NCBI RefSeq assembly: GCF_964355755.1
Contig: NC_092672.1
Span: 23,821,237 to 23,885,236, forward strand
Length of the DNA: 64,000 nucleotides
Direction: 5' to 3'
Source: Antedon mediterranea
Taxonomy: Eukaryota > Animalia > Echinodermata
Shown here piece by piece: positions 57,290 through 64,000 of the stretch (its first letter is position 1; every line of letters begins with the position of its first letter). A model generated the notes under the pieces. It ran no database searches and had not been told where the DNA came from. It saw only the letters and a program-made list of their open reading frames with translations. Position numbers and translations under genes: made by a program.

Positions 57290-59660
57290 CCCAATGTGCT
57301 CAATTTGATTGTGCTACCCAAATCCATGCTATCCATTTGAAATAATTTGCTATCCATTTGAAAGAATGTGCTACCCGATAATCCGTATAGAATAATGTAC
57401 AGTACAATTATATCCATTTGATTGTGCTACCTAATGTGCTATCCATTTGAAAGAATGTGCTATCCATTTGAAAGAATGTGCTACCCGATAATCCGTATAA
57501 AATAATGTACAGTACTATATCCATTTGATTGTGCTACCTAATGTGCTATCCATTTGAAAGAATGTGCTACCCGATAATCCTTATAGAATAATGTACAGTA
57601 CTATATCCATTTGGCTGTGCTACCTAATGTGCTATCCATTTGAAAGAATGTGCTACCCGATAATCCGTAGGCTATAGAATAATGTACAGTACAATTATAT
57701 CCATTTGATTGTGCCAAATAATGTGCTATCCATTTGAAATAATGTGCTACCCGATAATCCTTATAGAATAATGTACAGTACTATATTCATTTGATTGTGC
57801 TACCCAATGTGCTATCCATTTGAAATAATGTGCTATCCATTTGAAATAATATGCTATTTGAAAGAATGTGCTACCCGATAATCCGTATAGAATAATGTAC
57901 AGTACAATTACATCCATTTGATTGTGCTACCTAATGTGCTATCCATTTGAAATAATGTGCTATCCATTTGAAAGAATGTGCTATCCATTTGAAAGAATGT
58001 GCTACCCGATAATCCGTATAGAATAATGTACAGTACAGTACTATATCCATTTGAATGTGCTACCCAATGTGCTATCCATTTGAAAGAATGTGCTATCCAT
58101 TTGAAAGAATGTGCTACCCGATAATCCGTATAAAATAATGTACAGTACTATATCCATTTGATTGTGCTACCTAATGTGCTATCCATTTGAAAGAATGTGC
58201 TACCCGATAATCCTTATAGAATAATGTACAGTACTATATCCATTTGGCTGTGCTACCTAATGTGCTATCCATTTGAAAGAATGTGCTACCCGATAATCCG
58301 TAGGCTATAGAATAATGTACAGTACAATTATATCCATTTGATTGTGCTACCTAATGTGCTATCCATTTGAAGTAATGTGCTACCCGATAATCCTTATAGA
58401 ATAATGTACAGTACTATATCGATTTGATTGTGCTACCCAATGTGCTATCCATTTGAAATAATGTGCTATCCATTTGAAATAATGTGCTATTTGAAAGAAT
58501 GTGCTACCCGATAATCCGTATAGAATAATGTACAGTGCAATTACATCCATTTGATTGTGCTACCTAATGTGCTATCCATTTGAAATAATGTGCTATCCAT
58601 TTGAAATAATGTGCTATCCATTTGAAAGAATGTGCTATCCATTTGAAATAATTTTCTATCCATTTGAAAGAATGTGCTACCCGATAATCCGTATAGAACA
58701 ATGTACAGTAGGCCTACTATATCCATTTGACTGTGCTACCTAATGTGCTATCCATTTGAAATAATGTGCTACCCGATAATCCTTATAGAATAATGTACAG
58801 TACTATATCTATTTGATTGTGCTACCCAATGTGCTATCCATTTGAAATAATGTGCTATCCATTTTGAAATAATGTGCTATCCATTTGAAAGAATGTGCTA
58901 TCCATTTGAAATAGGCCTAATGTGCTATCCATTTGGAAGAATGTGCTACCCGATAATCATAGAATAATGTACAGTACTATATCCATTTGATTGTGCTACC
59001 TAATGTGCTATCCATTTGAAAGAATGTGCTACCCGATAATCCTTATAGAATAATGTACAGTACTATATCTATTTGATTGTGCTACCCAATGTGCTATCCA
59101 TTTTGAAATAATGTGCTATCCATTTGAAAGAATGTGCTATCCATTTGAAATAGGCCTAATGTGCTATCCATTTGAAAGAATGTGCTACCCGATAATCATA
59201 GAATAATGTACAGTACTATATCCATTTGATTGTGCTACCTAATGTGCTATCCATTTGAAAGAATGTGCTACCCGATAATCCTTATAGAATAATGTACAGT
59301 ACTATATCTATTTGATTGTGCTACCCAATGTGCTATCCATTTGAAATAATGTGCTATCCATTTTGAAATAATGTGCTATCCATTTGAAAGAATGTGCTAT
59401 CCATTTGAAATAGGCCTAATGTGCTATCCATTTGAAAGAATGTGCTACCCGATAATCATAGAATAATGTACAGTACTATATCCATTTGATTGTGCTACCT
59501 AATGTGCTATCCATTTGAAAGAATGTGCTATCCATTTGAAAGAATGTGCTATCCATTTGAAAGAATGTGCTACCCGATAATCCGTATAGAATGCACAGTA
59601 CAGTTATATCATAGTTATATCCATTTGATTGAACTATCTATTGTGCTATCCGTTTGAACT
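57290..59660. repeat. Complex higher-order minisatellite
   Basis: 1-4 copies of the 21-mer GTGCTATCCATTTGAAA(G/T)AAT alternate with a ~65-bp module GTGCTACCCGATAATCC(G/T)TATAGAATAATGTACAGTACTATATCCATTTGATTGTGCTACC(T/C)AAT. Confidence 0.95.
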
Positions 59661-61722
59661 AATGTGCTGTCTGTTTGAAATAATTCAGGTTTTTTTTTTT
59701 AATATGTTTTGCTATCCATTTTAAACGTGCTAAACAAGTTACATATTTGTTGATATAAATTTGCGGTACACCACGTAGGCCTATATTAGTTCTGAAAAGA
59801 ACTGTTGAGTTGCTTGACGTTTCGATTTAGGCCTACTCCAAAGTCAAAGTCTCCAAAGCTATTCCATCATGTCGTATTCGGGGAATCGCCCACAAGTGTT
59901 TTCTCAGAGAAGGGTATGTTCTGTATGGGGTTCTGTATGCTATTTGTTAATAATGTACAAAAAATGAAATAAAAAATCCTATAATTATCGGTATGTACGG
60001 AGGAAGCTCAGAACAAGACGAAGCGCGAAACAAATAAAAGCGCAGCGCGAAACATCTGAAATGATATACAATTTCTCAAAACATGAAAACACAGAATATA
60101 TTATATTAATATAACTTTTTAATATTTCTAAAGGCTCGGACAAGGAAGAAGGGCCTTAAAAAACTGAATTGCTATATGTTAGACCACATTTCCATAACTT
60201 TTCAAAACTCATCGAACCCTCTGCTAGTAGGCCTAATTAATATAGGAGCGTATCGCCAAATCATTAGAGAAAAAAAAACATGGCATGAAGATGTAATTAA
60301 TCAAACAACGGCCAAAGAATACCAACAATTTTAATTTAGGTTTCGATTCGTAATTACTAATGTGGTGGACTAAGCCTAGTTTGAAACTATAGTGACCATT
60401 TATTTTAGAAAGAAAGATAGACAAATTTGTTTCCATCTCCATGTTATTGTTAATACCAAGGCACTTTTCAATTACAAATTCTGGCCTAGTATTCTTGCAA
60501 GGTCGTCACAGCTCCAGTTACAAAGGTCGTCACAGCTCCAGTTACAAACGGTGATACAAAGTGTCAATCATTTGACCATTGAACAGCCCACTGGTAGGAT
60601 AGTCCTTGAAACCGTCCGTAAAACACATTAATCACTCACATCAGTCATGCCGCTAATGGTTGAAAACCTCACTTTTTGGGGTTTTCAAACGTAACGCTAT
60701 CCGGGGCTCCTGCGCCTAATGATTCAGGGCTGCCCCATAATGAAATCAAATCAGACACTTCTGTACTTTTCCATGTAACACGTTTCATTTTAATTCGAAT
60801 GTTCTTGATCTAGGCTAGCTCGAGAAATAGGCTATATTGTTTTGCTATTAAAAAAAACCGCGCGAATAGACTGCTGCTAATTGCGGTCGTGTCTTTTCAT
60901 TGGCTGACGTTGACCGGAGGTTGAAATCACTGATGCATCAATGGATTAGCCTTATGAAATCTACCCTCTCCCGCTGGAGTTATTAACGCCACTGGCGCGG
61001 AGTAACAGCTCCCTAACGCTAATCCGCGGCATGGTTCAGACACAAAAATATGTACGCCGCGTACATAACTCCACCGTAACTCCGTGAGTCTGAACATACC
61101 CTAATAAAAAAATAAAAAAACCGCTGTGTACCGCCCTCTCTGTTATGACTCGGTGACCTTAAAATAAACAACAGCTATTTAATTACACAATGTTTTTTGC
61201 TATGATTTTTGCGATCAATCAATCAACAAGATAGAAGCCAAGCTTTAGCTAGGCTACAGAACAGTAAGCATACAGTTACGTAGGCCTAGAAAATAAAATG
61301 AGTCTTGATGATAGAAAGAGCTTCTATGTTTGTAGCTGTTACTACACCCATAACATATTTTTACCTAAGTTTAAACTGCATGTGACGTATATAGATGATA
61401 AAATATTTGCTGATATTTGGAAACCGGTAAAACCTGTTGCTGCCAAATCTTTGTACTAGGCCTAGGCTAGTAGTACTAGCAAAGAACTTATAAAAGTTCT
61501 TTGGTACTAGGCCTAGCTAGGGTAGGCCTAGACAGCAGAACCTGGTCTGGTCCTAGTTAATTAAGTAGAACTAGCCTAGCCTAGTAGTGGCCTGTCTAAA
61601 CTAACCCTAGCCTACCATAGACGTCCTAGGCCTTTATTTTGGAAATTAGATTTTTGCCGCTGTAGCCATACTGAAAACTTTACATATATGAATTTATGAT
61701 ATAGGCCTTTAGTTAGTCTATT

Positions 61723-64000
61723 AGGGATCCAGTCAAGTCGCCCCATCGCAAAGTCGCCCCATACAAAGTCGCCCCATCGCAAAGTCGCCCCAAAACAAAG
61801 TCGCCCCGGCACGCGATTTTTTTTTTCGTACATAAGTTGGGGACCCCTCATGAAACGTCACAAAATAAACATGAATAATTCATCAGTTAATTTTTTTGTT
61901 CCGTGTCTACCCAAGCGTCGTATAGCTAAAAGTGATTACAACTGCGATACGATTCTTTCTAGGCCTAGGATTCTAGGTCAATTCATGTGATTGCCTTCTC
62001 GCACTCTTCTTCACACACACACCAACCTATGCAAAATGTGTCGAGGCTAATCGACAGCTAGACAAGACACATTCAACTAAGTAGTAATTAGACATAGCCC
62101 ATAGAAAGCTTAGACCCACAAGAAGAATGTTTATAATTTGTGTACTGTAATTTTTTTAATTCTGCTATTTTATTATCAAACAATATGCATGTACTCAAAG
62201 GAACTTTAAAAATGCGCGTATATGAACACATGAGATGGAAAGATTAGAACCACGAGAATAAAAAATGTATTTTTGTGTAATGTAATTGTTTAATTTTGCT
62301 GACTTATTACTCGGACTGTGTCATACCTAACAGTAACACACACGTCACACCCACACAGACTACTACTAGAATAGACATGGACTTTAGAGACTAATAATTA
62401 GGCCTAATAGTATTAATAGAAACTATAATTTTAACACGTAATTCTTTAATAATACAATAATTATATTAAAAACTCTATCATAAACTAAAGGCTGATTATT
62501 TCGACAATCCACACAAAACGCCGCTATTCTTTTATGAAATCGCACACCGCAACCACAGCGGAGATGGCCTAGAATCGTATCGCAGTTGTGTCGTGTAATC
62601 ACTTCTTGTTGTTATACGCTTGTGGGTGCACACGGAACAAGAAAATTAAACTGATGACTTATTCATGTTTATTTTGTGACGTTTCATTAAGGGGTCCCCA
62701 ACTTATGTACGAAAAAAAAAATCGCCCCCGGCACAGTCGCCGGATTATCCCTGATTTATAGTTTCGAAAATGTTAATTTAATATGATTTTAAAATTAGTT
62801 ACCAGAGCCACAATTACGAATCTTTCTTCAACCTACGCGTGGATACCAGCTCATTTTTTAGGATAATAATAGGCCTAAATGTATAAATGTGTAGTACTAG
62901 TAGGCCTTCGTATAGATTTACAGTAGTTAAAACAATTGAATAACTGTGTTGTAAGACAATGAGTGTTATAGGCTACTTATTGATCATTTTACATTTATTG
63001 ACAAGTTATGTACGTGTCTTAATTTTATAATGACTTTTCAAAATGAAGAAAAAAAAAAAGGATTTCATCGCCGATATGATTGTTTTACATGCAGGTATTT
63101 TAGTAAAATTTAAAACGCTACATTTTGACCATGGAAAAACCATCGTACAGTATCGTGTGCGTGTTTTTTAAAAAGGGGAATCCCCGACGGTCAGCAGAAA
63201 GACGTAGCAGCTGTGTGAGGAAACAGATACCAGAAGGCGCAGCTCCGATTGGTTTCAGAGAATGTTTCAGATGGCGAGTCGCCTTTTATTCAACAGCACA
63301 ATGATCATTTTACTGAAGAAATTCTTTTCAACCCTTTTGGTTATAGAACATTCTAATTATCATGCCTAATAAATATCCTCATATCGGGTGTTTATTTAAT
63401 TTTAAATTAAACAAGACAGTGAAGAGGCACGGAATAATACGTACACGGACGTACGACGAATAGGCCTACACACACGCACGTCATTATTTACGACATATAG
63501 TGGTGATATGATGCAATTTTATAATGGATATAATGATGGGATTGCCTTTCCAGGCTTACAATCAATTGTTCATTGTAATACTATGTATATAATAGTAAAC
63601 TGAATGTTTATAAATAAATTGTTTTACGTAATTTGTTGCATATAAAATAAAAGACACAGACGCAGCCGGGGACGCAGCCTACGTTTCCTATAAAATATTT
63701 CACATTTAAATAATTATGTACTGTTAAATGACATTATGCTGGATAATACTATAATCTTAAACTATGTTTACAAATTGTCATTTTTTAAGGCACACATCTT
63801 TTTCATCATACTGACCTGTAAAATAAAAACAAAAATAAATTATTAATATAGCCCTAATAGTAATAATAATAATAAATATTCATCGACCAAAGTAAAATAA
63901 TCTAGATCGTATAACATCATTTTATCGCGACCAAAATTAAACGCGACCGAAAATTTCAAACGCGACTGCTGATATCATCGTAAAACTCCGGCGGGGTTTC
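61723..64000. mobile_element. Left part of a Rehavkus-like MULE related to the 49853-50694 element (right end not located)
   Basis: Begins GGGATCCAGTCAAGTCGCCCC with AAAGTCGCCCC subterminal repeats; ~63060-63250 is similar in reverse orientation to ~50210-50460 (AAAAAGGGGAATCCCC..GGTCAGC). Confidence 0.6.
61813..62725. mobile_element. Mutator-type MITE with ~150-bp TIRs and 9-bp TSD
   Basis: GCGATTTTTTTTTTCGTACATAAGTTGGGGACCCC / GGGGTCCCCAACTTATGTACGAAAAAAAAAATCGC; exact TSD CCCCGGCAC (61804-61812, 62726-62734). Confidence 0.92.

Larger units (their letters stand above)
56269..60721. mobile_element. 4.45-kb non-autonomous TIR element of uncertain superfamily, nested in the Harbinger
   Basis: Perfect 32-bp TIRs CATTAGGCGCAGGAGCCCCGGATAGCGTTACG; AT duplication (56267-56268, 60722-60723) deduced from restoration of the host reading frame; no long ORF inside. 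Confidence 0.9.
54194..60788 (-). pseudogene. Harbinger Myb/SANT-like DNA-binding protein gene, exon 1 split by a nested element
   Basis: Exon 1: 60788-60722 (MKRVTWKSTEVSDLISLWGSPE) joined to 56266-55889 (FIDKIE..NKMAVFKEIASKLQNLG..HVQIKIKGLRAAFKAAKD..SGAG..FEHYDALNAILG). Further exons: 55612-55496, 55371-55309, 55220-55173, 54990-54922, 54800-54687, 54540-54194, all phase-1 GT-AG introns. Removing the insert and one AT restores the frame. Confidence 0.9.
51063..61101. mobile_element. Full-length PIF/Harbinger DNA transposon (10.0 kb including a nested insertion)
   Basis: Perfect 37-bp TIRs GGGTATGTTCAGACTCACGGAGTTACGGTGGAGTTAT; TAA TSD (51060-51062, 61102-61104); convergent transposase and Myb/SANT genes. 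Confidence 0.97.

Noticed and set aside
57290-59660. CRISPR-like repeat/spacer appearance (also 41319-42552 and 47100-48368)
   Set aside because: The intervening sequences are themselves repeated rather than unique spacers, there are no cas genes, and the context is eukaryotic.
51281-60788. Domesticated HARBI1/NAIF1-type host genes
   Set aside because: Both genes lie inside perfect TIRs with a TAA TSD, so this is a true transposon.

Overview
AT-rich, intron-rich animal DNA, probably from a marine invertebrate (an echinoderm-like genome is an inference). It holds two convergent host genes: a Roc-COR (Roco) gene on the + strand (~13.3-22.5 kb, no P-loop exon found) and a 23-exon class-XIX myosin MYO19 on the - strand (50961->32219). 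The rest is a dense nest of transposons: the 3' end and LTR of a Ty3/Gypsy element, an L2/CR1 LINE interrupted by a MITE and a Gypsy fragment, an IS3EU-like foldback element, a Rex/Babar LINE, a MADF-BESS Harbinger derivative, and several MULE-type elements. A complete 10-kb Harbinger lies ~100 bp upstream of the MYO19 ATG; its transposase is intact but its Myb/SANT gene is split by a 4.45-kb element with unusual ends. The most unusual signals are tandem arrays built from MYO19 exon-intron junctions, TA->TAGGCCTA micro-insertions clustered near 5' gene ends, 28-41-bp palindromes with 7-bp target duplications, and atypical N- and C-termini of MYO19. All gene models were assembled by eye from splice signals and frame continuity; no database searches were run.
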